Below, piece by piece: positions 19,738 to 30,068 of a DNA stretch of 64,000 bases. The stretch's first letter is position 1, and every line of letters starts with the position of its first letter. The notes below the pieces were generated by a model. The model was not told where the DNA came from, did no database searches, and saw nothing but the letters and a program-made list of their open reading frames with translations. Both the position numbers and the translations under genes were made by a program. The stretch is from an uncultured Pseudomonadota bacterium (GTDB lineage Bacteria > Pseudomonadota > Gammaproteobacteria > Burkholderiales > SG8-39): NCBI GenBank assembly GCA_963834845.1, contig CAWICY010000004.1, positions 729,530 to 793,529 on the forward strand, written 5' to 3'.

Positions 19738-20463
19738 CTACTTCACGTCCTTCCAGAATTCCCTCTTCAGCGCGTAGGTGAGCACGAACAGGATGCCCAG
19801 CACGAACAGCACCACGATGCCGATGCGTACGCGGCCGGTGGCGGCGGGCTCGCCGATGTACACGAGGAAGTTCACCAGGTCGCGCACGGTGGTGTCGTAC
19901 TGCACCGTGTTTTGCGAGCCCTTGGAAAGCTCCGTCAGCACGTATTCGACCTTCTCGTGGCCGCCCTCCTCGCTCTTGACCTCTTTCAGCGCCTTTTCGC
20001 CCTGCAGCGTCCACAGCACGTTCGGCATGCCGACGTTGGGGAACACCAGGTTGTTCCAGCCGGTGGCGCTCTTCGGGTCGCGGTAGAAGGTGCGCAGGTA
20101 CGTGTAGAGCCAGTTCGCGCCGCGCGCGCGCGCGATCACCGAAAGGTCGGGCGGCGGCACACCGAACCAGGCCTTGCCCTGCTTGGCGGTCATCGCCACC
20201 TGCATGGTCGCGCCGACCTTGTCGGCGGTGAACAGGAGGTTGTCGTTGATCTGCTGCTCGGTGAGGCCCAGGTCGGTGAGCCGGTTGTAGCGCATGAACT
20301 GCGCGCCATGGCAGCCCATGCAGTAGTTGACGAAGGTGCGCGCCCCGGCCTGCAGGCTGACGAGGTCGGTCGGATCGATCGGCGCGCGGTCGAGCCGGTA
20401 GCCCCCTTCGGAGGCCCAGCCTGCGAGCGGCGCGAACAGCAGCGCGATGAGCAGCTTCTTCAT
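19738..20463 (-). CDS. petC: cytochrome c1 (bc1 complex)
   Basis: Signal peptide MKKLLIALLFAPLAGWA, haem site CMGCHG, and PPDLS...GANWLYTYLRTFY. Has a C-terminal TM anchor. 241 aa. Confidence 0.93.
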   Translation of the reverse strand: MKKLLIALLFAPLAGWASEGGYRLDRAPIDPTDLVSLQAGARTFVNYCMGCHGAQFMRYNRLTDLGLTEQQINDNLLFTADKVGATMQVAMTAKQGKAWFGVPPPDLSVIARARGANWLYTYLRTFYRDPKSATGWNNLVFPNVGMPNVLWTLQGEKALKEVKSEEGGHEKVEYVLTELSKGSQNTVQYDTTVRDLVNFLVYIGEPAATGRVRIGIVVLFVLGILFVLTYALKREFWKDVK

Positions 20464-20474
20464 GTTCGTGGTCC

Positions 20475-21749
20475 TCACATCGTCACCCGCTCGGGCACCG
20501 GCTTGGTCTTGTCGATGCGCGAGTACCACGGCATCAGCAGGAAGAACAGGAAGTACAGGAGCGTGCCGATGCGCGCGACCGCGGTGGCGCGCTCCACGCC
20601 GCCGATCCAGTCGCCGAACTGGCCCCAGACGTTGGTCGGCTCGGTGCCGAGGTAGGCGAGCACCATGAAGGAAACGATGAACACCGCGAGCGCGATCTTG
20701 TAATACGCGCCGCGGTAGCGAATCGACTTGACCGGGCTGCGGTCGAGCCAGGGCAGCCCGAACAGGATCAGCACCGCGAGCCCCATCACCAGCACGCCCG
20801 GGAACTGCGAGTTGAACAGCGGCGGCACCGCGCGCAGCATCGAGTAGTACGGCGTGAAGTACCACAGCGGCGCAATGTGCGCGGGGGTCTGCAGCTGATT
20901 GGCGGGAATGAAGTTGTTCGCCTCGAGGAAGTAGCCGCCCATCTCGGGCAGGAAGAACATCACGATGGCGAAGATCGCCAGGAACACCACCACGCCGACG
21001 ATGTCCTTGACGGTGTAGTAGGGATGGAACGGAATGCCGTCGAGCGGCTTGCCGCTCGCATCCTTGTGCTTCTTGATCTCGATGCCGTCCGGGTTGTTCG
21101 AGCCCACGTCGTGCAGCGCGAGCAGGTGCACCACCACCAGGCCGAGCAGGACCAGCGGCACCGCGATCACGTGGAAGGCGAAGAACCGGTTGAGCGTCGC
21201 GTCCGCGATCACGTAGTCGCCGCGGATCCACAGCGCCAGGTCCGGGCCGATGAACGGGATGGTGCCGAACAGGTTCACGATCACCTGCGCGCCCCAGTAC
21301 GACATCTGACCCCAGGGCAGCAGGTAGCCCATGAAGGCCTCGGCCATCAGGCAGAGGTAGATCAGCACGCCGAAGATCCAGATCAGCTCGCGCGGCTGGC
21401 GGTACGAGCCGTACAGCAGCGCGCGGAACATGTGCAGGTAGACGACGACGAAGAAGGCCGACGCCCCGGTCGAATGGATGTAGCGGATGATCCAGCCGCC
21501 TGGAACGTCCCGCATGATGTACTCGACCGAGCCGAAAGCGAGCGCCGCGTCGGGCTTGTAGTTCATCGTCAGGAAGATGCCCGAGACGATCTGGATCACC
21601 AGCACCAGCATCGCGAGCGAGCCGAAGTAGTACCAGAAGTTGAAGTTCTTCGGCGCGTAATACTCGGTGAGGTGCTTGCGATATTCCTGCGCCACCGAGG
21701 GCATTCTCGCGTCGAACCACTGCCACAGCGCCATCAAACGGCTAGCCAT
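20475..21749 (-). CDS. petB: cytochrome b (bc1 complex)
   Basis: NFNFWYYFGSLA..., GWIIRYIHSTGASAFF and YLLPWGQMSYWGAQVI. Confidence 0.95.
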   Translation of the reverse strand: MASRLMALWQWFDARMPSVAQEYRKHLTEYYAPKNFNFWYYFGSLAMLVLVIQIVSGIFLTMNYKPDAALAFGSVEYIMRDVPGGWIIRYIHSTGASAFFVVVYLHMFRALLYGSYRQPRELIWIFGVLIYLCLMAEAFMGYLLPWGQMSYWGAQVIVNLFGTIPFIGPDLALWIRGDYVIADATLNRFFAFHVIAVPLVLLGLVVVHLLALHDVGSNNPDGIEIKKHKDASGKPLDGIPFHPYYTVKDIVGVVVFLAIFAIVMFFLPEMGGYFLEANNFIPANQLQTPAHIAPLWYFTPYYSMLRAVPPLFNSQFPGVLVMGLAVLILFGLPWLDRSPVKSIRYRGAYYKIALAVFIVSFMVLAYLGTEPTNVWGQFGDWIGGVERATAVARIGTLLYFLFFLLMPWYSRIDKTKPVPERVTM

Positions 21750-21752
21750 TGC

Positions 21753-22343
21753 TCATGCCCCTTTCTTGTCTTCGCCGATCAGCAGGGTGGTGTCGGACAG
21801 GAACGCGTACGGCGGCACGATCAGATTGGTCGGCGCCGGCACGCCCTTGTACACGCGTCCCGCGTAGTCGAACTTGGAACCGTGGCAGGGGCAGTAGAAA
21901 CCGCCGTTCCATTCCCCGCCCATGTCCGCCGCGCCGGCGGCTTTCTTCTCCGGCGAGCAGCCCAGGTGGGTGCACACGCCCACCAGCACCATGACTTCCG
22001 GCTTGCGCGAGCGGTACTCGTTCTTCGCATACTCGGGCTGATGGTCGACGTCCGAGTGCGGGTCGACGACCAGCGCGTCGTCCTTCTTGATGTCCTCGAG
22101 CATTTTCTTGGTGCGTTTCATCACCCACACCGGGTTGCCGCGCCAGTCGAAAATGCCGAGCTCTCCGGGCGCCAGCTTGGAGATGTCGACCTCGATCGGC
22201 GCGCCGGCCGCCTTGGCGCGCTCGGAGGGCAGCATGCTGGCGACGAACGGCACGGCGGCGCCAGCCGCGGCCGCTCCGCCCACCACCGAGGTGGCGACCA
22301 CCAGATTGCGGCGCATCTTGTCGGGTTGCGTGGTATCGCTCAT
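21753..22343 (-). CDS. petA: ubiquinol-cytochrome c reductase Rieske iron-sulfur subunit
   Basis: MSDTTQPDKMRRNLV has a Tat-like N-terminus. Rieske boxes CTHLGC and CPCHGS. 196 aa. The longer ORF to 22679 is rejected. Confidence 0.93.
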   Translation of the reverse strand: MSDTTQPDKMRRNLVVATSVVGGAAAAGAAVPFVASMLPSERAKAAGAPIEVDISKLAPGELGIFDWRGNPVWVMKRTKKMLEDIKKDDALVVDPHSDVDHQPEYAKNEYRSRKPEVMVLVGVCTHLGCSPEKKAAGAADMGGEWNGGFYCPCHGSKFDYAGRVYKGVPAPTNLIVPPYAFLSDTTLLIGEDKKGA

Positions 22344-22566
22344 TGACTCGAACCTGGAAGGGAAATGGCGGGAATCGATAAAGCGCGCCATTATAGCGAC
22401 GCACCGCCGCAAAACCAAGGTTTCGCGCCTAAGCGTTTCAATAAGCGTGGGTTTTTGACCCCATGGCCGACAGGGCCTAGACAGGGTGCGCGAACGCGGT
22501 GCCGGCGCGCCGGTCGCGCTGCGCGCGGGATTTCGCCCGCTACCCCTATGGTAGGCTAAACGAGCC

Positions 22567-23736
22567 ATGTACCGCCTCTGGCTGATCTTTTCGCAGGCCG
22601 CGACCGTCGCGGTCGCCGTGCTGTTCGTGGTGTCCACGTTCCATCCGGAATGGCTGCCGCAGCGCGCGACGCCGGTCACCCCGGCGGCAGTGGTGCGGCC
22701 GGCGCCGCCGAAGGGCGCGCCGCCGGTGACGTTGCAGCCCGAGTCGCTGCACTACGCCGTGGAGCACGCGACGCCGTCGGTGGTCAACATCTTCACCTCC
22801 AAGGAAGTACGCACGCCGCGCCACCCGCTGCTCGACGATCCGCTGTTCCGGCGCTTCTTCGGCGACCAGTTCCCCGACGAGGAGCAGCGCGCCACCAGCC
22901 TCGGCTCGGGCGTCATCGTCAGCGCTTCGGGCTACATCCTCACCAACCACCATGTGGTCGAGGCGGCCGACGAGATCGAGGTGGCGCTGCCCAACGGCAC
23001 GAAGCTGCTCGCCAAAGTGGTCGGCAACGATCCCGAGACCGACCTCGCGGTGCTGCGCGTCGACGCCGAAGGCTTGCGAGCGATCACCTTCGGCTCGTCC
23101 GACGCGCTGCGCGTGGGCGACGTGGTGCTCGCCATCGGCAACCCCTTCGGCGTGGGCCAGACGGTCACCTCGGGCATCGTCTCGGCGCTCGGTCGCAGCG
23201 GCCTGCAGATCAACACCTTCGAGAACTTCATCCAGACCGACGCCGCGATCAATCCCGGCAACTCGGGCGGGCCGCTGGTCGACTCGCGCGGCAACCTGAT
23301 CGGCATCAATACCGCGATCTACTCGCGCTCGGGCGGCTCGATCGGCATCGGCTTCGCGATCCCGGTATCGACCGCCAGGATGGTGCTCGAGCAGATCGTC
23401 AAGAGCGGCAGCGTGACGCGCGGCTGGATCGGCGTCGAGGTGCAGGAAATCACCCTCGGCCTCGCCGAATCGTTCAAGCTCGGCGACACGCGCGGCGCGC
23501 TGGTGGCCGGCGTGCTGCGCGGCGGACCCGCCGACAAGGCCGGCTTCAAGCCCGGCGACGTGCTGGTCGACGTCGAGGGCAAGCCCGTGGCCAACCCGTC
23601 GGGCATGTTGAACCTGATTGCCGCCCTCAGTCCGGGAAGCGTCGCCAAGATGAAGGTCAAGCGCGGCAAGCAGGACCTGACGATGAACGTCACCGTCGGG
23701 CGGCGCCCGAAGCCGCCGTCGAGGCCCGCCGAATGA
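22567..23736 (+). CDS. S1C periplasmic serine endoprotease, DegS/AlgW type (one PDZ)
   Basis: N-terminal TM anchor. His/Asp/Ser contexts TNHHVV, DLAVLRV and GNSGGPLV. A single C-terminal PDZ domain. 389 aa. Confidence 0.88.
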   Translation: MYRLWLIFSQAATVAVAVLFVVSTFHPEWLPQRATPVTPAAVVRPAPPKGAPPVTLQPESLHYAVEHATPSVVNIFTSKEVRTPRHPLLDDPLFRRFFGDQFPDEEQRATSLGSGVIVSASGYILTNHHVVEAADEIEVALPNGTKLLAKVVGNDPETDLAVLRVDAEGLRAITFGSSDALRVGDVVLAIGNPFGVGQTVTSGIVSALGRSGLQINTFENFIQTDAAINPGNSGGPLVDSRGNLIGINTAIYSRSGGSIGIGFAIPVSTARMVLEQIVKSGSVTRGWIGVEVQEITLGLAESFKLGDTRGALVAGVLRGGPADKAGFKPGDVLVDVEGKPVANPSGMLNLIAALSPGSVAKMKVKRGKQDLTMNVTVGRRPKPPSRPAE

Positions 23737-23743
23737 GCGCCGA

Positions 23744-25183
23744 ATGAGCTCCGCGCCGGCCGGGCAGGCGAGCCCGCTGCCGCGCGACGCGGAGAGCATC
23801 CTCAAGCTCGCCGCACGCTCGATGTTCGACCTGTTCTCGAGCATGAGCCAGGGCATGATGCTGGTCGATCGCAGCGGGCGCGTGGTGTGGATCAGCGACA
23901 GCTACAAGCAGTTCCTGCCGGCGCTCGGCTTCGAGCGCGCCGAGGACTTCGTCGGCAAGCCGGTCGAGCAAGTGGTGCCCAACACGTTGATGCGCCACGT
24001 GCTCGAGACCGGCAAGCCGATCCTGGTCGACCTGCTGACCAACAAGGCCGGCACGTTCGTGGTGAGCCGCATCCCGCTGCGCGACGCTTCGGGCGAGGTG
24101 ATCGGCGTGCTCGGCATGGTGTTGTTCGATCACCCCGAGGCCACGCTGCAGCCGCTGATCGCCAAGTTCGCCCGCCTGCAGAAGGACCTCGACGACGCGC
24201 GCCGCGAGCTCGCCGCGCAGCGCCGCCCCAAGTACACCTTCGCCAGCTTCATCGGCGCGAGCCCCGCGGCGCTCGAGGTGAAGCGCCAAGCGCGGCGCGC
24301 CGCGCAAAGCGACGGCAACGTGCTGCTGGTGGGCGAGACCGGCAGCGGCAAGGAGCTACTGGCGCACGCCATCCACGCCGCCTCGACGCGCGCCGGGCGG
24401 CCGTTCGTCGGCGTCAACCTCGCGGCGGTGCCCGAGACGCTGCTGGAGGCCGAGTTCTTCGGCGTCGCGCCCGGCGCCTACACCGGCGCCGAGAAGAAGG
24501 GCCGCGTCGGGCGCTTCGTGCTCGCCGACGGCGGCACGCTGTTCCTCGACGAGGTCGGCGACATGCCGCTCGCGCTGCAGGCGAAGCTGTTGCGCGCGCT
24601 GCAGGAGCAGGAAATCGAGCCGCTCGGCTCGAACCAGCTGCTCAAGGTCGACGTGCGCGTGTTCGCCGCCACGAGCCGCGACCTGAAAGCGCTCGTCGCC
24701 GAGGGACGCTTCCGCGAGGACCTCTATTACCGGCTCAACGTGCTGCCGATCCGCGTGCCGCCGCTGCGCGAGCGCCTGTCCGACCTCGAGGCGCTGTCGG
24801 AGAACCTGCTCGAGAGCATCGCCGCGCGCACCGGAATGCCGCAGCGCGAGCTCGCGCCTGGCGCGCTCGCCGCGCTCGCGGCGCACGAATGGCGCGGCAA
24901 CGTGCGCGAACTGCGGAACGTGCTCGAGCAGGCGGCGATGCTCACCGACCGCGCGCGGCTCGACGCCGAGGACTTCGCCGCCATCCTGCCGCGCGCGACG
25001 GCCGCCGGGCCGGCGCCGCAGCTGCGCCCGCTGCCGCAGCTGATCGCCGAGCTCGAGCGCAGCTCGATCCGGTCGGCGCTCGAGGCCACCGGCGGCAACA
25101 AGCTGTCGGCGGCCAGGCTATTGGGGATATCGCGCGCCACGCTCTACGAGAAGCTCGCCGAGATGAAACGCCTGTCTGCCTAG
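23744..25183 (+). CDS. sigma-54-dependent transcriptional activator (PAS, AAA+, Fis-type HTH)
   Basis: PAS-like N-terminus. [15 protein letters not shown] Walker A. GAYTGA is a GAFTGA variant. DEVGDMP is the Walker B. C-terminal HTH: [16 protein letters not shown]. Confidence 0.9.
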   Translation: MSSAPAGQASPLPRDAESILKLAARSMFDLFSSMSQGMMLVDRSGRVVWISDSYKQFLPALGFERAEDFVGKPVEQVVPNTLMRHVLETGKPILVDLLTNKAGTFVVSRIPLRDASGEVIGVLGMVLFDHPEATLQPLIAKFARLQKDLDDARRELAAQRRPKYTFASFIGASPAALEVKRQARRAAQSDGNVLLVGETGSGKELLAHAIHAASTRAGRPFVGVNLAAVPETLLEAEFFGVAPGAYTGAEKKGRVGRFVLADGGTLFLDEVGDMPLALQAKLLRALQEQEIEPLGSNQLLKVDVRVFAATSRDLKALVAEGRFREDLYYRLNVLPIRVPPLRERLSDLEALSENLLESIAARTGMPQRELAPGALAALAAHEWRGNVRELRNVLEQAAMLTDRARLDAEDFAAILPRATAAGPAPQLRPLPQLIAELERSSIRSALEATGGNKLSAARLLGISRATLYEKLAEMKRLSA

Positions 25184-25217
25184 CGGACAGTCTGTCTGAT
25201 TTGCGGACATCGCAAAT
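25183..25217. promoter_or_regulatory. candidate upstream activator sites for the sigma-54 activator
   Basis: GCGGACA occurs at 25183-25189 and 25203-25209, exactly 20 bp apart. These sit inside the palindromes GACAGtCTGTC (25186-25196) and ATTTGCG-N5-CGCAAAT (25199-25217). They lie about 135-170 bp upstream of the -24/-12 promoter. Confidence 0.45.
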
Positions 25218-25351
25218 AGGAAGCATCCTCCTGATTTGAAACAGGTTCATCTAGGCGTAAGAGAATTGCGTCCGAACATCAGACATATACGCCTGGTTAG
25301 TAACCGCTTACACCATGGCACGAATGCCTACGAATCAAGAGGTTAGCCCCC

Positions 25352-25366
25352 TGGCACGTGCATTGC
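25352..25366 (+). promoter_or_regulatory. sigma-54 (-24/-12) promoter
   Basis: TGGCACGTGCATTGC matches TGGCAC-N5-TTGC exactly. It ends 36 nt upstream of the 25402 ATG. Confidence 0.8.
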
Positions 25367-25401
25367 GAGATAGCAGCCGTAGTTCCTAACGAGGAGGAAG
25401 C

Positions 25402-26586
25402 ATGAAACGCACGCTGATATGGGCGGCGGCCGTGTCGCTCGCGGTCGTCGCCGGCCTGGCATCGGCCCAGAACATCAAGATCGCGCATGTCTACGGCAAG
25501 ACCGGGCCGCTCGAGGCCTACGCGAAGCAGAGCCACACGGGCCTGATGATGGGGCTGGAATACGCGACCGGCGGCACGATGATGGTCAATGGCCGCAAGA
25601 TCGTGGTGATCGAGAAGGACACCCAGAACAAGCCCGACGTCGGCAAGGCGCAGCTCGCCGCGGCCTTCGGCGACGACAAGGCCGACATCGCCGTCGGACC
25701 GGTCAACTCCGGCATCGGCGTGGCGATGCTGCCGGTCGCCGAGGAGTACAAAAAGATCCTCCTGGTCGAGCCGGCAGTCGCCGATTCGATCACCGGCGCG
25801 AACTGGAACCGCTACATCTTCCGCACCGCGCGCAATTCCACCCAGGACGGGCTCGCGGCCGCCGCGACGCTCAAGGGCGACGTTTCAATCGCCACCCTGG
25901 CGCAGGACTACGCGTTCGGGCGCGACGGGGTGAAGGCGCTCAAGGCCGCGCTCGCGAGCGTCGGCTCGAAGGCGAACATCGTGCACGAGGAGTACGCGCC
26001 GCAGCAGACGACCGACTTTACCGCTCCGGCCGAGCGCATCTTCGCGGCGCTCAAGGACAAGCCCGGGCGCAAGGTGCTCGCCATCATCTGGGCCGGCCCG
26101 AACCCGGTGACCAAGATCGCGGCGCTCAAGCCCGAGCGCTACGGCATCGAGCTGGCGCCCGGCGGCAACATCCTGCCGGTGATGAAGGGCTGGAAGGGGC
26201 TCGCCGGCGTCCAGGGCGCGATCTACTACTACTACGGCTTCCCGAAGAACAAGATGAACGACTGGCTGGTGGCCGAGCACGAGAAGCGCTACGGCCAGCC
26301 GCCCGATTTCTTCACCTGCGGTGGCATGGCCGCGGCGGTGGCGATCGTCGACGCGATCAAGAAGGCCGGCGGCACCGACACCGAGAAGCTCATCGCGGCG
26401 ATGGAAGGCATGTCGTTCGACACGCCGAAGGGGCAAATGACCTTCCGCAAGGAAGACCACCAGGCGATGCAGGACATGTTCGAGTTCCGCATCAAGAAGG
26501 AGCAGAAGAACGAGTGGGATCTGCTCGACCTGGTGCGCGTGATCACCGCCGCCGAGCTGCCGGTCCCGATCACGAACAAGCGCTGA
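25402..26586 (+). CDS. ABC transporter periplasmic substrate-binding protein (Leu/Ile/Val-binding-type fold)
   Basis: Signal peptide MKRTLIWAAAVSLAVVAGLASA. 394 aa. First gene of a livKGFHM-like block, with a GAGGAGGAAG RBS. Confidence 0.85.
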   Translation: MKRTLIWAAAVSLAVVAGLASAQNIKIAHVYGKTGPLEAYAKQSHTGLMMGLEYATGGTMMVNGRKIVVIEKDTQNKPDVGKAQLAAAFGDDKADIAVGPVNSGIGVAMLPVAEEYKKILLVEPAVADSITGANWNRYIFRTARNSTQDGLAAAATLKGDVSIATLAQDYAFGRDGVKALKAALASVGSKANIVHEEYAPQQTTDFTAPAERIFAALKDKPGRKVLAIIWAGPNPVTKIAALKPERYGIELAPGGNILPVMKGWKGLAGVQGAIYYYYGFPKNKMNDWLVAEHEKRYGQPPDFFTCGGMAAAVAIVDAIKKAGGTDTEKLIAAMEGMSFDTPKGQMTFRKEDHQAMQDMFEFRIKKEQKNEWDLLDLVRVITAAELPVPITNKR

Positions 26587-26613
26587 CGACGTAAGGCGCC
26601 AACGGAGAGGACC

Positions 26614-27372
26614 GTGGAGCACCCGGTCCTGGAGACGCACGGCCTGACGATCCACTTCGGCGGGCACGTGGCGGTGAACGCGGTGTCCTGCGCCTTCCGG
26701 CCGGGCACGCTCACCGCCATCGTCGGGCCGAATGGCGCTGGCAAGACCACCTACTTCAACCTGATCTCGGGGCAGCTCAAGGCCTCGAGCGGCAGGGTGT
26801 CGCTGTACGGCGAGGACATCAGCGCGCTCGCGGCGCCGGCGCGCGCCAAGCGCGGCATCGGGCGCGCGTTCCAGCTCACCAACTTGTTTCCGCGCCTCAC
26901 CGTGCTGGAAAACGTGCGCCTCGCAGTACAGGCACGCGCCGGCCTCGGCAAGGACCTGTGGTCGATGTGGGGCCGCCATGTCGAGCTGGTCGAGAAAGCC
27001 GAGCATTATCTGCACCGCGTGGCGCTCGCCGACAAGCGCGAGCTCGCGGCTGCGACGCTGCCGCACGGCGACCAGAGGAAGCTCGAGGTCGCGATCCTGC
27101 TCGCGCTCGAGCCCGACGTGTTCATGTTCGACGAGCCCACCGCCGGCATGAGCGTCGACGAGGTGCCCGTGATCCTCGAGCTGATCGAGCACATCAAGGC
27201 GCAGGGCGACAAGACCGTGCTGCTGGTCGAGCACAAGATGGACGTGGTGAGGTCGCTGGCCGATCGCATCATCGTGCTGCACCAGGGCGAACTGGTCGCC
27301 GACGGCCCGCCGGCGGAAGTGATCGCCTCGCCGATCGTCCAGGAAGCCTATCTGGGGGTGGCGCGTGCCTGA
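26614..27372 (+). CDS. ABC transporter ATP-binding protein (LivG-like)
   Basis: GPNGAGKTT, the LSGGQ-position motif and FDEPTAGM. GTG start. Confidence 0.88.
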   Translation: MEHPVLETHGLTIHFGGHVAVNAVSCAFRPGTLTAIVGPNGAGKTTYFNLISGQLKASSGRVSLYGEDISALAAPARAKRGIGRAFQLTNLFPRLTVLENVRLAVQARAGLGKDLWSMWGRHVELVEKAEHYLHRVALADKRELAAATLPHGDQRKLEVAILLALEPDVFMFDEPTAGMSVDEVPVILELIEHIKAQGDKTVLLVEHKMDVVRSLADRIIVLHQGELVADGPPAEVIASPIVQEAYLGVARA

Positions 27373-28090
27373 AGCGATGCTTTCGCTCGCCGGGGTCAAC
27401 ACCCACATCGGCCAGTATCACATCCTGCAGGGGGTGGACTTCGAAGTGCCGCGCGGCGGCCTGACCATGCTGCTCGGCAGGAACGGCGCGGGCAAGACCA
27501 CCTGCCTGCGCACCGTCATGGGGCTGTGGCGCGCCTCCGGCGGCACGATCCGCATCGGCGGGCACGACGTCACGCGCCTGCCCACGCCCGACCTGGCGCG
27601 CCTGGGCGTCGCCTACGTACCCGAGAACATGGGCATCTTCGCCGGGCTGACGGTGCGCGAGAACATGCTGCTCGCGGCACGCGGCGGGCCGCCGGACGCA
27701 AAGCGCTTGGCGTGGATCTTCGGCCTGTTCCCCGCGCTCGAGCGGTTCTGGAACGGGCTCGCCGGCAACCTCTCCGGCGGGCAGAAGCAGATGCTGGCGA
27801 TCGCACGCGCCATCGTCGAGCCGCGCAAGCTCCTGCTGGTGGACGAGCCGACCAAGGGTCTCGCACCGGCGATCATCGGCAACATGATCGAGGCTTTCAG
27901 GGAGCTCAAGCGCACCGACACCACCATCCTGGTGGTCGAGCAGAACTTCCATTTCGCCAAGTCGCTCGGCGACGGCGTCGCGGTGATGGACTCGGGCAGG
28001 ATCGTGCATACCGGGCGCATGGACGCGCTGGTGGCCGACGAGACGCTGCAGGCGAGGCTCCTCGGGCTGTCGCTGGAGACGCACCAATGA
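27365..28090 (+). CDS. ABC transporter ATP-binding protein (LivF-like)
   Basis: GRNGAGKTT, LSGGQKQMLAIARA and LLVDEPTKGLAP. GTG at 27365, or ATG at 27374. Confidence 0.88.
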   Translation: MPEAMLSLAGVNTHIGQYHILQGVDFEVPRGGLTMLLGRNGAGKTTCLRTVMGLWRASGGTIRIGGHDVTRLPTPDLARLGVAYVPENMGIFAGLTVRENMLLAARGGPPDAKRLAWIFGLFPALERFWNGLAGNLSGGQKQMLAIARAIVEPRKLLLVDEPTKGLAPAIIGNMIEAFRELKRTDTTILVVEQNFHFAKSLGDGVAVMDSGRIVHTGRMDALVADETLQARLLGLSLETHQ

Positions 28091-29058
28091 GGCGCGACTG
28101 GCTGCCGCTCGCGCTCGTCCCCGCCCTCGCGCTCGGCGCGCTGCCGCTGGTTGCGAGCCTGCCCACCTGGGTAACGCTCACGGTCGCCGGCCTGGCGATG
28201 GGCATGATGATCTTCATGATGGCCTCGGGCCTGACGCTCGTCTTCGGCCTGATGGACGTGATGAACTTCGCCCACGGCGTGTTCATCTCGGTGGGCGCCT
28301 ACGCCGCCGCCTCGGTGCTCATCGCGATGAAGGCCGAGGTGCAGGCGCCGAGCCTCGCGTCCAACCTCGCGGCGATCGGTCCGGCGGTGCTCGCCGCGAT
28401 CGCGCTCGCGGGCGTGCTCGGCTGGTTCTTCGAGCGCGTCGTGATCCGCCCGGTGTACGGCGATCACCTGAGGCAGATCCTGGTCACCATGGGCGGGCTG
28501 ATCGTGGTCGAGCAGCTGATCATCGTGGTGTGGGGCCCCGACCTGATCCCGCTGCCGCGTCCCGCCGCGCTCGGCGGCGCGTTCATCTTCGGCGACGCGG
28601 CGATCGAGCGCTACCGCGTGCTCGCCGTGGTGGTGGGCCTGGCGGTGTTCGGCGCGATGTGGCTGGTGCTCAACCGCACGCGCATCGGCCTGCTGGTGCG
28701 CGCCGGGGTAGAGAACGCCGAGATGGTCGAGTCGCTCGGCTACCGCATCCGTCGCCTATTCGTCGGCGTGTTCGTCGCCGGCAGCGGCCTCGCGGGCCTG
28801 GGCGGCGTGATGTGGGCGATGTACCAGGAATCGTTCAGCGCGCAGATGGGCATGCAGGTGATGGTGCTGATCTTCATCGTGGTGATCATCGGCGGCCTCG
28901 GATCGGTCGGCGGCTGCTTCGCCGGCGCGCTGCTGGTGGGGCTGATGGCGAACTACACCGGTTTCCTCGCGCCCAAGCTCGCGCTCGGCTCGAACATCCT
29001 GCTGATGGTGCTGGTGCTGTTGTGGCGCCCGCGCGGCCTGTATCCGGTCGGCAAATGA
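28087..29058 (+). CDS. ABC transporter permease (LivH-like)
   Basis: ATGA overlap with the preceding stop. Polytopic. SGLTLVFGLMDVMNFAHG is the branched-chain-type permease motif. Confidence 0.85.
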   Translation: MRRDWLPLALVPALALGALPLVASLPTWVTLTVAGLAMGMMIFMMASGLTLVFGLMDVMNFAHGVFISVGAYAAASVLIAMKAEVQAPSLASNLAAIGPAVLAAIALAGVLGWFFERVVIRPVYGDHLRQILVTMGGLIVVEQLIIVVWGPDLIPLPRPAALGGAFIFGDAAIERYRVLAVVVGLAVFGAMWLVLNRTRIGLLVRAGVENAEMVESLGYRIRRLFVGVFVAGSGLAGLGGVMWAMYQESFSAQMGMQVMVLIFIVVIIGGLGSVGGCFAGALLVGLMANYTGFLAPKLALGSNILLMVLVLLWRPRGLYPVGK

Positions 29059-30068
29059 TCAGGCTCCTGCTCTCGGGCGACCTGCCGCGCAGCCGCGCGC
29101 TCGCGGCCGCGCTCGCGCTGGTGCTCGTCGGGCTCGCGCTGGCGCCGTTCCTGTTCCCCGGCACGCGCTCGCTCGACGTCGCGGCCAAGGTGTGCGTGTT
29201 CGTGCTGCTCGCAGCGAGCTACGACCTGCTGCTCGGCTACACCGGCATCGTGTCGTTCGCCCACACCATGTTCTTCGGCATCGGCGGCTATGGCATCGGC
29301 CTCGCGGCGGCGAACTGGGGCCCGGGCTGGGGCGGCCTCGCGGCCGGTGGCGCGCTCGCGCTGTTGCTGTCGGCGGCGCTGGCCTTCGCCGTCGGGCTGC
29401 TGTCCTTGCGCGTGCGGGCGATCTTCTTCGCCATGATCACGCTCGCGGTGGCCGCGTTCTTCCAGATTCTCGCCTCGCAGCTGTCGTGGCTCACCGGCGG
29501 CGAGGACGGCGTCAATTTCGGCCTGCCCCGGCTGCTGCATTCGCGCCTTGCGTCCTATTACCTGGTGTTCGCGGCCTCGCTCGCGCTGTTCCTCGCGCTG
29601 CTGCGCATCGTCAACTCGCCGTTCGGCCGCGTGCTGCTGTCGATCCGCGAGAACGAGTTCCGCGCCGAGGCGCTCGGCTATCGCGTCGTGGTCTACCGCA
29701 CTGCCGCCAACTGCATCGGCGCGCTCGGCGCGACCTGCGCCGGGCTGCTGTACGCGGTCTGGCTGCGCTACACGGGGCCCGCCGCCACGCTGTCGTTCGA
29801 TATCATGGTCGACATCCTGCTGATGGTGGTGATCGGCGGCATGGGCACCATGTACGGCGCGGTGCTCGGCGCGACGATTTTCGTGCTGGCGCAGACGTAT
29901 TTGCGCGACCTGATGCGGCTCGCGAGCGGCGCCGTGCACGGCGTGCCGCTGCTGCCGGACCTGCTGCATCCCGACCGCTGGCTGCTGTGGCTGGGGATGC
30001 TGTTCATCCTGTGCGTGTACTACTTCCCGACCGGCATCGTCGGCCGGCTACGCCTGAAACGGACATGA
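29055..30068 (+). CDS. ABC transporter permease (LivM-like)
   Basis: ATGA overlap. YDLLLGYTGIVSFAHTMFFGIGGY. Polytopic. Confidence 0.85.
   Translation: MIRLLLSGDLPRSRALAAALALVLVGLALAPFLFPGTRSLDVAAKVCVFVLLAASYDLLLGYTGIVSFAHTMFFGIGGYGIGLAAANWGPGWGGLAAGGALALLLSAALAFAVGLLSLRVRAIFFAMITLAVAAFFQILASQLSWLTGGEDGVNFGLPRLLHSRLASYYLVFAASLALFLALLRIVNSPFGRVLLSIRENEFRAEALGYRVVVYRTAANCIGALGATCAGLLYAVWLRYTGPAATLSFDIMVDILLMVVIGGMGTMYGAVLGATIFVLAQTYLRDLMRLASGAVHGVPLLPDLLHPDRWLLWLGMLFILCVYYFPTGIVGRLRLKRT

Noticed and set aside
19738-21726. 662-aa ORF fusing petC with an off-frame read through petB, and similar fusions at 39901..41400 (hisE + hisF pieces), 42899..45520 (hisB + hisC + off-frame hisD) and 49676..50617.
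   Set aside because: Only the terminal segments carry the family motifs. Real starts were set at internal ATG/GTG codons that give normal protein lengths and ATGA/GTGA coupling.
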